64,000 nucleotides of DNA from Octopus vulgaris (lineage: Eukaryota), in the NCBI GenBank assembly GCA_951406725.2, contig OX597825.1, positions 30,194,001-30,258,000 of the forward strand, in the 5' to 3' direction. Positions 28,325 to 41,040 of this stretch are shown one piece after another. Every line of letters starts with the position of its first letter. Positions within the stretch are counted from its first letter, which is position 1. The position numbers and the translations under genes were made by a program. The notes under the pieces are model-generated. The model saw only the letters and a list, made by a program, of their open reading frames with translations, had not been told where the DNA came from and made no database searches.

Positions 28325-28749
28325 CTCTTTTTCTCTCTCTTTTACTCTTTTCCTTGTTTCAGTCATGTGACTGTGGCCATGCTAGAGCACCGCCTTAAGT
28401 CGAGCGAATCAACCGCAGGACTTATTCTTTGGAAGCCTCGTACTTATTCTATTGGTCTCTTTTGCTGAATTGCTAAGTTATGGGGACATAAACACACCAG
28501 CATCGGTTGTCAAGCGATGTTGGGGGACAAACACAGACACACAAACATATACACACACACACAACTATATATATATACATATATACAATGGGCTTCTTTT
28601 CAGTTCCCATCTACCAAATCCACTCACAAGGCCTTGGTCGGTCCGAGGCTATAGTAGAAGACACTTGCCCAAGGTACCATGCAGTGGGACTGAACCCGGA
28701 ACTATGTGGTTCGTAAGCAAGCTACTTACTACACAGCCACTCCTGCACC
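28325..28749 (-). mobile_element. SINE family A, full length
   Basis: tRNA head ggtgcaggagtggctgtgtagtaag, CORE-like ccttgggcaagt, internal (TG)n, gtaaaagag tail. Confidence 0.9.
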
Positions 28750-29111
28750 TATATTTACAATATTTTTTCAAATAATTACAAGTTTTGATAATACATTAAA
28801 AATCAAACTCAATTTAATGAATTCTTTCCTTTTCATGCTTATTCTAACATTACACTTTTTTATGCTGATAATTTATTATCAAACAATGATTATAGCATAT
28901 AGAAACAACAGGAGCATTATATTATTATATTTTAATTATGTAATTCTTTAATTTTATTATAACCTTTCTGAATGGGTTTGGTTCTCTTTCCTTGTTGCCT
29001 TAAGTATTTAATGCTCAGTAAACAACAAACATAGGAGTTTGATATTTTGTTTTGCTCAGACCTAAGAAAACTATGATTGGGCAACCCTATTATCAAAGAC
29101 ATTCCAACCAT

Positions 29112-29521
29112 GGATCTTTTCGGTTTGAACGGCAGTTTTTAACATAATTTCTAGGTAACTAAAAAATTTTAAATTTTGTATACTGGTAGAATGTGTTTAC
29201 AAAACATCTTTTTCTCTTGGCTTTATTGAGAAAATTCTATAGTTTGTAAAATATTTGTTGTTTTTTTCTTCAATTTCTACAATTTCAACCAATCATTAAC
29301 GTCCATTGAGGTAAACAACATTCTGTGCCGTATGAAAATGTCCCTCGTTTAAGAAACAGATTGAGTTTATTTACATTTGTGAAGAAAAAAAGATACCCTT
29401 CCCCCCACCCCTAACCCTAAAATAGATTGAAATGCAATAGATCGATACTAGGGTCATAATTATGGGTGACAATTTCATATGACACTGCTAGAAAAAACAG
29501 CCGTTCAAACCAAAAAGATCC
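29112..29521. mobile_element. Non-autonomous DNA transposon (Merlin-like) with 8-bp TSD
   Basis: TIRs ggatcttttcggtttgaacggcagttttt / aaaaacagccgttcaaaccaaaaagatcc; perfect TSD ccaaccat (29104-29111, 29522-29529); internal ccctaaccctaa. Confidence 0.8.
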
Positions 29522-30531
29522 CCAACCATAACCAGTGTCTAGAGTGTCTCTCCTGGTTTTGAGTCAGGCATTTGATTTGACAGACATTTTGCAGCTAAAG
29601 TTACTCATCATTGAGTCTTCTTGCTTGGTACCAGGTCTGCTCTGGTTCACTTGACCTATGATTGATCAAATTCCAGCCATGACACTTCCATCTCATTCCA
29701 AGCCAGATTATTTAAGATCAAATTATCAAATATGTCTTTTTTGTTTAAGACAGTAGGGCATGATTCAAGAGAGATTTGGTTGGTGTTTCTAACAGATTCA
29801 ATAACCACTTAGTGGCTTTCCTTTTGGCACATTGTTAGCTTATGTAATTCTGCTTGGTAAGCTATTAAAAAATCGGAAAGAAAGAATAAGAAGGTTTAAA
29901 TGAGTCATGGACAAACAGGGGCCCACACGACTTTCTGAATGGCACACTTAATGAAGAATTCATTACTTTTCATGTTTTTAGTAGCACAGCCTGTTTGATG
30001 ATAAGCCATGTCTCATGAGACCTGCTTCTCAAAAAAATGTTGTCCGTACTTAATCTAAGCACAGCTAGCTTACACGATACTGATTGGAATAAAATTGTAA
30101 ATTTCTAAGGATCACAAAGGATTTTAGCAGAAATAGATGATCAAACCCATAAAAAAAGCACAGACAATGACCTAGCAGCTTTAGGTAGAATACCCCAGTT
30201 GTGGTTGTCTCAGAGAGTGAATGTTTCTTTAGATATTCCGATAAGTTATTTTCTCTTTAGATTAGGTTTTGCTGAACTAATTAATTTAATCATTATCCAT
30301 TATTATATTATAATGTCCAAATATTGTGAATCCAATGTGTACATAAAATCTATATATATATAAAAAAAAAGCAATTGAGATATTGAGATAAAAATCTTTA
30401 ACTATGATTTATAGAGAAAACAATACTCTGAAGAGATGTTGCTTACCATCTTTAATTCAGTTATAACTAAATTCAGCAATCTGGTCACTCATTGGTGAAT
30501 AGATTTAGCATTAATTTACACAATACTTGTG

Positions 30532-30564
<33 letters not shown>

Positions 30565-30611
30565 TGTTGCTTATATGTATGTGTATGTGTGAATATGTGT
30601 GAATGTATGTG

Positions 30612-30644
<33 letters not shown>

Positions 30645-30929
30645 GAATGTATGTATACACACACACACACGTATATATATATATGTGTGTGTGTATATGC
30701 ATATATATTTATGTATGTTTATATATATATATATATAATATATATATGTATTATATATACATGTATATATAATACATACATATATATATATATATATATA
30801 AATTGATAGATTGATAGATTGAGACATAGATATATAGATGTATAATGTGTGTCTCTAGATATATGTTTTATATATGTACATATATATACTTATATAAAAC
30901 CTTATATATATATGTCTATATACACACAC

Positions 30930-30987
<58 letters not shown>

Positions 30988-31540
30988 TTATATATATTGT
31001 ATACATGTATGTATACATTTTTGTAAAAACACACATATACACACATTTGCACACACACGTGTGAGGGGGGTTATTAATCATTATTTTCTAAGATGCACAT
31101 TGATACATCTGCTTATATTACTCATCACTGGTGATAAATTTAGTCATTCTTTCTTTCATTAAGTGAATATATTTAACCATTCATCAAGTTAATATGTTTA
31201 ACCATGAGATACCGCAGAGGGAGTGGTATTTTGGCAGCAACAAAACTATTAATTTTTTTCAATTTTTTTCTCTTATTTTTTTGTTAACCAAATACATTTC
31301 CTAAACATCTATCATTTTTCGTAAAAGAAGGACAACTATTAGCATTGATAATATTTGGCCCCGAATTATTTCTGATGGAGCTTCTCTGTGAGTAAAAGCA
31401 TTCTGGCTGTAACTGTTCAGATTTATTTCTAGATTTAGTATATCCATGAGTATCTAAAGTACTGACATGTTTAAGATCGTAAGAATTGAGTTTAGGAATA
31501 TTCGACTGCTGTTTATAGCAGGACGACTGACTACTCAGTG

Positions 31541-31686
31541 CAGTCATGGTCAAACTTTAGACTACAGGACTTTCTGAATGGTGCACTAATGAAAAGTTAC
31601 TTTGAATATTTTTTAGTGGTGCAGACCATTTGATGATGAACCAAGTTTCATGGGGCCTACTTTTCAAATAATGTTGCCCATGCTTG
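31541..31686. mobile_element. hAT-like MITE (related copy at about 29902-30050)
   Basis: Termini cagtcatggtcaa / ttgcccatgcttg; shared internal gactttctgaatgg...tttgatgat. Confidence 0.6.
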
Positions 31687-32489
31687 ACTTAGACACTCCT
31701 ACAGCAGCTGAAGAGGCTAATTTTTAGAAATAAGATGTGTTTTTGCATGTATAAGGTTAAACCAGGGCTGTGTCTTATTAGGATAAAGCAGATAAATGTA
31801 CATCAATATTTCATACACTCCTAAGGTAGCAAGCTGACAAAATCATTAGCACACTGGGTGAAATGCCTAGTGGCATACAGGGCCTAGCTATGAGTGCCTT
31901 CTTAGTTGCCACTTCTGTAAACAAGTCAGGTATTTATTGGCATTGACGAAACTGGTTCCCTCCTGGGTTTGCCGAATGAGGAAGTTTATACCTTAATTTC
32001 TTTTATGTCTATTTTCCCACGCTAGTATGGGTTAGAGGTATGTATTATTGAGGAAATATTTATATGGCCGAATGCCATTTCTGGTCACTAACCCTTACCT
32101 GTTGATCAAGTAAAGAGTCTCTCATTTCACATATACTTCAAGGTTCAGAATAAACACCTGATTTGTTGACAGAAGTGACAACAAAAAAGGCACTCATAAC
32201 TGATAAATTTTGTCGATAGCTTATGTAAACACACACACACATACACACAACAACACATTCATACACACCCATATACAAAGGGTTTCTCTCTACCAAATTT
32301 ATTGACAAGGATTCGGTTGGTTTACAACGATAGAAGACACATTCACAAAATGCCAGACAGTGGAACTAAATCCAAGGAGACTTGCAGCTAATAGATGGGC
32401 CCTTCCATAAAACAAAAAGGAGAAAAGTATTGGCTGCCTTTAATTTCAAGAGAAATCCACTGGAGACCAATGTAAACAGTTTTGTTTCT

Positions 32490-32880
32490 TATTTCTTTAT
32501 TGCCCACAAGGGACTAAACACAGAGGGGACAAACAAGGACAGACAAACGGATTAAGTCGATAACATCGACCCCAGTGCGTAACTGGTACTTAATTTATCG
32601 ACTCCGAAAGGTAAAGTCGACCTTGGCAGAATTTGAACTTAGAACATAAAGGAAAATACTTATTTCTTTACTACCCACAAGGGGCTAAATACAGAGAGGA
32701 CAAACAAGGACAGACAAATGGATTAAGTCGATTATATCGACCTCAGCATGTAATTGGTACTTATTTAATAGACCCCGAAAGGATGAAATGCAAAGTCGAC
32801 CTCCGCGGAATCTGAACTCAGAACGTGGCGGCAGACAAAATACCGCTAAGCATTTCATCCGGTGTGCTAACGTTTGCAGA
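32490..32880 (-). mobile_element. SINE family B, partial plus full unit in tandem
   Basis: Single flanking TSD aaacagttttgtttct (32474-32489, 32880-32895). Confidence 0.88.
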
Positions 32881-33032
32881 AACAGTTTTGTTTCTGCTTT
32901 GCCAAATCTTTCTTGAGGGCCCTGGCTTGTATAGATTTAGCATTAAACTTATTCGGGGAGCATTGAAATAATTACGTGGTGAGAGAAAACAAAACACGAT
33001 ATTAATCAATGATTAATATTACTTTAATTATT

Positions 33033-33250
33033 AAGGCAGCCAGCTGGCAGAGTTGTTAGCACATGAGGCAAGATGCTTAGTGGTATTTCGTCTGTCTTTA
33101 CATTCTGAGTTCAAATTTTGCCAGGGTTAGCTTTGACTTTTATCTTTTCAGACTCAAAAAAAACAAATACCAGTTGAGCACTGGAATCAATCTAATTGAG
33201 TTACCTCCCTTCCAGAACTACTGGCCTTGTGCTGAAATTTAAGACCAATA
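33033..33250 (+). mobile_element. SINE family B, older copy
   Basis: aaggcagccagctggcagag...ttctgagttcaaatt. Confidence 0.8.
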
Positions 33251-33331
33251 ATATTTTAATTATTTCACTAAGGATGGGAGAAAAGTATAGACATGTTTTA
33301 GTCATATTATGGACTTATCGGCAAAACATAC

Positions 33332-33396
33332 ACTTCACCAGACTTGCTGATAGTATTGAAAGAATCACCAAGTAAATGTACAAGACTCTCTGCACA
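33332..33396 (-). CDS. Candidate internal exon (CAESLVHLLGDSFNTISKSGEV or VQRVLYIYLVILSILSASLVK), unverified
   Basis: Acceptor tatttttctatgccaaccag and donor gtatgt; two open frames. Confidence 0.2.
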
Positions 33397-33586
33397 CTGG
33401 TTGGCATAGAAAAATATAATTATTTTCAGAATAAATAACACAGATCTGCCACAATTCACATGAAAATCAATAGTTAAGTTAAGTGTTAACATATTTAATG
33501 TATTGAACATTCAAATTTTACAAATTGATTACAAGCACTGAGTTTTGAAACAGGATACAGCATTCTGCCCTCATTAATTTACTTGA

Positions 33587-33653
33587 TATCATCATCATCA
33601 TCATCATCACCACCACCACCACCACCACCACCACCACCACCACCACCACCACC

Positions 33654-33708
<55 letters not shown>

Positions 33709-33930
33709 GTAGCTGCAGCATAATCATCATCACCACCAACAAACACCACTACTATGATCACAACTGCAACAATCACTGCCATCACCAGCATCGCCACCAC
33801 CACCACTATTACCACCATCCTGTCACCACCACCACTACCACCATAACCACTCCTATTATTGCTGCCAACACCACCCCTACCACTGCCCCCACTACCACCA
33901 CTGCTGCCGTCACCACCACCACCATCACTA
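33587..33930. repeat. (CAT)n/(CAC)n trinucleotide repeat
   Basis: Directly visible. Confidence 0.95.
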
Positions 33931-35630
33931 GATGCAGCTTTGGCATCATGCATCTTAATTCTCAAATGTTTACTTCTTACCACTAACACTGTGAAGGCAC
34001 GTGGCTGAGTGGTTAGAAAGTTGAGTTTGTACTGATTAAGGTGACAGGTTCAATACTTGAACTAAGAGCAACATTATTTATTGTCTGCTTAAGTAAGGAA
34101 CCTCATTGCACAATGTTATTCAATGGAAAATGAATACCAATACCAGCACAGCTCTCTCGAGTTCTCACATGTTGATGTCGGATATTTTATTTGGACAAAA
34201 TTGAGAGGACCAAGGGAGTATTTATCATAGGCATGCAGTCCATGGAAGCTTCCCTTAAAAATTATAGAAACAGTATTGAAACTATATTACTTATTTTTCA
34301 TAAGATCATTCTTCTAATGTTCTGTAAAATCAATATAAAATACATGACATCATAGGCTTTCAGACTTTTATTGTTGGAATTATCATGAGATGACAAGCAG
34401 TGGCAGATGGCACAAAAAAAAAATCTGTGCTAGGTAGCAACATGATCTGTTGCATCCATTTCAGGTGTAATATTTTAATATTTTTTCTAATAAAAATGCC
34501 ACATAGAATTTTTTCTAGTAAGAGCTGATAATGAATAGTTTTTTTATTGCTATTAAATACTTGTATGCTTAGAATAAGTTTCTGTCAATTTGCAATATCT
34601 ATGATATATATATATATAATCTTACATTGTTATGTAATACTTACATAGGAAAAGGGAAGCAAGTTGACATTCTGCTTCCATCAGAAAAATGGTGAAAAGA
34701 TAGCACATATATAGTTTTCTGTTTTTAAACTTTTTTAAATTACAGAACAAATTATAAAATGCGATTTCTTTTATTTTAAAAATAGCTGTATAATATGAAC
34801 ATCTATGCAACAGAAAATTTTGATCATTGCTTCCCCAGCCAGGAAGATCACCACATGTCCCTGGTGTTTATATTCGCTTGCAACTGCATAAGCACATAAA
34901 GCAATTAGCATAAGGAAAGCACACATGCTACCAAATTACAATTCTTTGTGGCAGATAAATATAATTTAGCTTTATTTTGGGGCCACTTCTATCCCCATTT
35001 CTTTTTTCTGTCATGCAAGTTTACCTAGCAACCTCACAAATGCCAGTGGCATGGAAAAGGCATTCAATACATTCTGTAAAATGGTCAGCATCTAGAAAGG
35101 CATCCAGCCTTCGAAGCCATACCATAACTGACTCTAGAGCTGACCACTGCCTTGCAGCTCATCAGATCCAGTCAAACCATCCAACAGAAACCTGCGTGGG
35201 AAACAGATGTTAAATGATGATAAGGATTCATCAGTCATTAGCTCTACTTTCAGCTGAATGTGTGTATATATGCTGGTGTCACGTAAAAAGAAGCACACAG
35301 TATACTCTTTAATGTGGTTGGCATTAGGAAGGGCATCCAGCCATAGAAACCATGCCAAAACAGCTTATGGAACCTGGTGCACCTCTTGGGTTTTCCAGCT
35401 TCTGTCAAATTGTCCAACCCATGCTAGCACACGGAAAATGGATATGTTAAATGATGATGAGGATAATGATGATAATGACGATGATGATGATGACGATATA
35501 TATAAATATATATATAAATACTTTGATGCTTTGAGCCTATGCTTTTTGACAGAAAAGATTGAGAGGAAAAAATGGCGAGAAAACAGAAAAAATACAGTGA
35601 GAGAAACAAAATGTTTAGGGATTAACAGTT

Positions 35631-35692
<62 letters not shown>

Positions 35693-36413
35693 CACACATA
35701 TATTTATATACACATATAAACACACATACATATATGAGTATGTGTGTGTGTGTCTGCGTACATGTTGGGATGTTGGAGTGTGTATGAGTAAAACAATGAA
35801 ATTATACAGAAAAGATAGCAATAATATGGAGCAAGTCAGAGTACAACTAATAATAACTTCATAATCTATATAATATATTATTTTTTAATGTACAAATTAA
35901 ATAAAAAAAATTTCGTTCATTGCTGGACATATCTTGAATTGTTCCTATTTTCTCAGCACTCATATCAGAATACAATGAAATATGTTACTTGAGCCCCACT
36001 GCAAAGAGAGTCACTTGTGCCCCACTGCAAAGAGGCACATTCAGTTATTTTGATTGTAATTTGAACATGTCTTCAGGTGAGAAGATTTCTGTATGTCAAT
36101 AAGCAGGTAGATATTGGAAATTGGCATTCTATATAATCAAATTATCGCTCAATTTGATGGTTTCATTCTATTAATTCTGTTAGTTCCCTAGTATTAGAAT
36201 GGGTAAGCAATGGGTTGTAGGAATAAGGATTTCATAATGGTTTGTATGTCACAATTAATGTCTAAAGTTACTTCTCTTTCACTGGCTCAGTCAACCAATT
36301 TATAAATAAGTACCATAGTTGGTTGCAGGTTTCTACCTACAGAAGCAAACGTCTAGGTCTAGGTACTTGAATCTTCTCTTACCATTTCTCTCTACATAGC
36401 AGTAATCAGCATC

Positions 36414-36807
36414 CTCATCATGAGCACGGGCTCAATCTCAGGATCAATCTCAGATGAAGAGTCTGTTTTCCTAATATAGCTTTAGACTGGGGGAATTACA
36501 ACCATGTTTCGTGGTCTGCTATCACAACAGCTCCTTTATAGGATCCAGTTATCTCAAAACATCATCAGGAGGAACCACATCCGGTTTCGGCCCCTACTCT
36601 ACCGTTTTTACGTGGCTGCCCCCCCCCCCTTCGGAGGTGTCTTCAGCTCTGGTGTTGGGTGCATGTCTTCTTTCTTCTGTTCCCTGGCCTCTTCAATGCA
36701 TCGTCAGCGAGTGTTAGCCGGTGACTGACTGTCTTGCTCATCATGATCACGGGCCCGAGGATCAATCTCAGTGGAAGAGTCTGTTTTCCTAATATAGCTT
36801 TAGACTG
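36414..36807 (-). mobile_element. Direct-repeat-bounded non-coding element with tandem hammerhead-like cores
   Basis: Direct repeats of about 70 bp at 36414-36489 and 36737-36807; minus strand carries CTGAAGA..GAAACCGG and CTGATGA..GAAACATG. Confidence 0.55.
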
Positions 36808-36927
36808 ACCTAAATTATGTGATTGAAACTGGGTAGATGAAAACTATACAGAAGCAGAACAGATGAATTGTATATTACATTCAGCGTACATGTGTCTGTG
36901 GAGTACTCAGCCACAATCTTGTTTACA

Positions 36928-37657
36928 TTAACACCTTTGACACCAACCCATATGAAACTGCCTTTGGTTCTTTGATATTAATGTCCTGTTTTAAAATGGA
37001 CTAAACTGAAACCTGGCATTAAAATTCCATGTTAGTTCATATCCCAAATAGGTACAGACATGGTGATAAGCACAGATGTAGCTGTGGGGTTAGAAGTTTG
37101 CTTCCCAACCACATGGTTCTGAGTTCAGTCCCACTGCATGGCACCTTGAGCATGCATTTCAACTATAACCTGAGGCCAACCAAAGCTTTGTGAGTGGATT
37201 TGGTAGATGGAAACTGAAAGAAGCCCATTGTATATACTCTTTACTCTTTTACTCTTTTACTTGTTTCAGTCATTTGACTGTGACCATGCTGGAGCACCAC
37301 CTTTAGTCGAGCAAATCGACCCCAGGATTTATTCTTTGTAAGCCTAGTACTTATTCTTTCAGTCTCTTTTGCCAAACCGCTAAGTTATGGGGACGTAAAC
37401 ACACCAGCATCGGTTGTCAAGCGATGTTGGGGGGGACAAACACAGACCCACGAACATATACACACACTCATACATATATATATACATATATACGACGGGC
37501 TTCTTTCAGTTTCCATCTACCAAATCCACTCACAAGGCTTTGGTTGGCCCGAGACTACAGTAGAAGACACTTGCCCAAGGTGCCACGCAGTGGGACTGAA
37601 CCCGGAAGCATGTGATTGGTAAGCAAGCTACTTACTACACAGCCACTCCTACACATA

Positions 37658-37696
<39 letters not shown>

Positions 37697-38060
37697 GTAT
37701 ATGAATGTGTGTGTGCATACTTGTATGTGTGTGTGTGTGTGTGTGTGTCCCCCACCACTGTTTTCCAACTGGTGTTGGTGTGTTTAAGTCCCCATAACTT
37801 AGCAGCTTGGCAAAAGAGACTGATAAAATCTGTATCAGGCTTAAAAATGTAAGTACTGAGGTCAATTCATTCAACTAAAATTGTTCAAAGCAGTGCCCCA
37901 GCATGGCCACTGTCTACTGAATGAAACCAGTAAAATATAATTGATAAAAGACAACTACCAACTTAATGACAAAGATACTTTAATAAATTCTTCATTATTT
38001 TCAAAATTAATTGAAACAAAAGCTTATATTTCCACAGGGAAATATGGTAATAAAAGGGTT
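36928..38060. mobile_element. Old piggyBac-like MITE split by a plus-strand SINE A, itself split by a minus-strand SINE A (37237-37655)
   Basis: MITE ends ttaacacctttg... and ...atggtaataaaagggtt; SINE A halves at about 37075-37235 and 37700-37940. Confidence 0.75.
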
Positions 38061-38382
38061 CGTTCAATGAATAAATTGTTCAATCGATCAAAATAATGAA
38101 AACTCATCATTAAAATCATAAAAGATACATTCTTATTAAAAGGTCATCTAAAAATTAATCACCATGCAATTAATTCTTTCTACTATATGCTCAAAACTGG
38201 AAATTTTGTTGGGGTACAGCTACTTGTTTATGCTGATCCCTGTGTTCAACTGGTACTTATTTCATCGACCCTTAAATGGATGTTAGGCAAAGTCACCTTC
38301 TGTGGAATTTGAATCCGGGACATAAGAGCCAGACAAAATACTGATGAGCATTTTTTCCAGTGTGGAAAGGATTCCACCAGCA

Positions 38383-38945
38383 TTAACCCTTTTGTTACCA
38401 ACCCAGCTGAACCCAGCTCTGGCTCTGAGTATAAATGTCTTGTTTTCAAAAGTTCTTAATTAAAATCTTCCACCAAAGTTGGTCACAATTTATGTTCCTA
38501 ACACTCATCATCATCATTGTTCAACTGTGGTCGAGACAATGGAATTTACCATGCTACGCCAGACTTCACGATCCATCATGGCATTACGGAGGTCCTGTTG
38601 CTGGATGCCTGTATCCCTGGAGAACGTGATCAGAGACAGGACTCGGCAAAGCAGGGGCTGGACCTACATCCACAGGTATACCATTAGGTCTGGTTCCCTG
38701 GGGAAGAGGAACCCTGGTGCAGTTAATTGTAAATTCCATAGTCTTTTCAAATGGCGCACCACTACTACACACATTGGAAAGCATTGTACAACCAAGTACT
38801 AAAGAAGATCTTTCCTCCTCCATGAAACAAAGCTGTTCCCGCTGGACACTAGCTTAATGGTAGCTAAGTTATTTTACTAAATTCTTTGTTATATTTGAAA
38901 TTAATTGAAAGAAGCCCAGAGCATCTCAACAGAAATATGGAAATG
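38383..38945. mobile_element. piggyBac-like MITE interrupted by a retroelement
   Basis: Colinear with 27777-28005 once 38506-38850 is removed. Confidence 0.8.
38506..38845 (-). mobile_element. Short non-LTR element with an RTE/RTEX-like 3' end
   Basis: 3' part translates SRDTGIQQQDLRNAMMDREVWRSMVNSIVSTTVEQ*; (gat)n tail; 5-bp TSD acact. Confidence 0.75.
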
Positions 38946-38962
38946 AAGTCACCATGCTATTT

Positions 38963-39190
38963 TCAACCCTTTTGTTACCAACCCGGCTGAAACCACCCCT
39001 GGCTCTGCAGTACAAATGTCTTGTTTTCATAAGTTTTGAATTAGAATCTTCCACCAAACCTTAGTCACAATTTATGTTCCTAACACTAGCTGAATGATGA
39101 CTAAGTTATTTTACTAAATACTTTGTTATATTTAAAGTAGTTGGAAGAAATACAGAGCATCTCAAAATCGATACAGTAACGAAAGGGTTA
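38963..39190. mobile_element. piggyBac-like MITE
   Basis: cccttttgttac...gtaacgaaaggg-TTAA. Confidence 0.82.
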
Positions 39191-40825
39191 AACACTATAT
39201 AATTAATAAGTGTTAAATTAGTATGTAGTTCTAATTGTAAGACTTCTATTTTGTCCCACTCAAAGTTATGTATTACAAAGCCTTAATCATCACTCTTAAT
39301 GTTGCTATTGTCCCATTATTTGGCTCTGATTAACAGCTGCATGTGTTAGATGATATGTATAACAGCCTTTCTACCAATAAACCTGGCTGATTACTCTCCT
39401 GACTTATAATAAATTCCACAATAAGGATATTGAGAAGTTTTATGGCCTAATATATAACATCAGAGTATTTCAGCCTCTACTGTTATACAAGCATGAAATA
39501 AAAAACATGTCCCCGGTTTTAACATTGAAAGCCACCAATCCCACTACCCTTACAGATAAAAGTTAGAAACATTCAAGGTGATATTTTTACATCTCTATCA
39601 GAGTGAGTTGATAAAAGATTTGCACCTGAGGTGTTTCTCTCCAAGGTGCCAACATGGTTTGGGCAAGGATTTTCAGCAGAAGACCAGCAGTTCCTCATAC
39701 AAAATGTGTTCCTCTTATTAAAACCCAGAAATGTTCTCTGAGGAAAAGGCAAAGATGGGTTCATCTTGGCCCTTGTGCAATTGCAGATGAACTCAAGACT
39801 AAAGAGCCAGAGTAGATATCGCAACATCTTTTTCCCAGCACTTAAATAATTTTATCAATCCAATATCCTTGACTGGTTCTTAGATTTATTGACCCCAGGA
39901 AAAGGAAAAGCAAAGCTGGCCTTGGTGGGATTTGAACTGAGGAACCTTTCTTTTCTATTTTTTTTTCTTTACTTGTTTACATCATTGGACTGCAGTAATC
40001 CTGAGTCACAACCAAGAAGAATTAACTGAACAAATCAATCACAGTTCATACTTGCTTTAAAGTCTAGTACTTATTCAGCTGGTTTTGATTTTACCAAAAC
40101 ATTAAGTCAGAAGGACATAAATAAACCAGCACCAGTTGTCGAGTGATGGGGGAGCAAACAGAAAAACTCACACACAGATGCACACACATACATATTTACA
40201 CATACACGAAGAGCTTTCACAGCTTCTGTTTGTCGAATTCACTCACAAAGTACCAAGGTGTTGATTTACCCAGGTAGTAATGACTTTCCCAAAGTAGCAC
40301 ACAGTGAGAGTGAAACCACCCCACCCCACCACCAGACCCCCTACCCGCAAAGCACATGATTGTGAAGATCACTTTTTAACCACACAGTCACGCTCCAATG
40401 TAAATAGTCAGAACAAATGTTTGCAAAGCAATCCCCAGCCCTGAAGTTTACAAGTTTACATTTAAATTTGTCAGAAAAAAAGAAAAAAAACGGAAAATAG
40501 AAAACCATTCTAACCATGATTTATAATGAATGAAAAGAATGAAGACAGATCTAAAAATACCAAGGAGACATCGAATAGGAAAAAGAATAGCAGAATAAAT
40601 TGATATAGATGACATTCTCTTTAGAATCGGCTATCTCACTTAACATCATCATTGAGTAAAAATGGTAGATTTTACACAACAATAGTAACCGTTAATAATA
40701 TTAAACCCAAATTGAGATTTATCAGGCCACTTGGACACCATTACAAAAGCCAATTTGATTCAGGCTATTAACACTTCTTCTTATACAGGCTCTGCCTAAA
40801 TTCTTGAGGAATAAATGACCACATA

Positions 40826-41040
40826 TTTATCTATCTCTTATCTATCCGCTCAGTCGAAGTCGACTCTCGGTTACTCGATGGATCAGTGTCCTCCAGTCAG
40901 TTCTATCCTGGGCCACTTCTTTCAGATTGGCTATGTCCATTCCGGTATCACTCTTGATGATGTCTAGCCAGCGGGTTCTTGGTCGGCCTCTTCCTCTCTT
41001 GCCACTGACCATTCCGAGCATGATGTCCTTCTCCAGGGAT
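40826..41040 (-). mobile_element. RTE-clade LINE 3' fragment
   Basis: Translates SLEKDIMLGMVSGKRGRGRPRTRWLDIIKSDTGMDIANLKEVAQDRTDWRTLIHRVTESRLRLSG*; (gata)-like tail. Confidence 0.9.

Noticed and set aside
29400-29420. Telomeric hexamers as a sign of a chromosome end or fusion
   Set aside because: Only two units, internal to a transposon
31284-31553. 89-aa non-repetitive minus-strand ORF
   Set aside because: Start lies in a hAT-like MITE end; no good acceptor and no recognisable domain
33579-33989. Gly/Asp-rich 136-aa ORF
   Set aside because: Trinucleotide repeat translation
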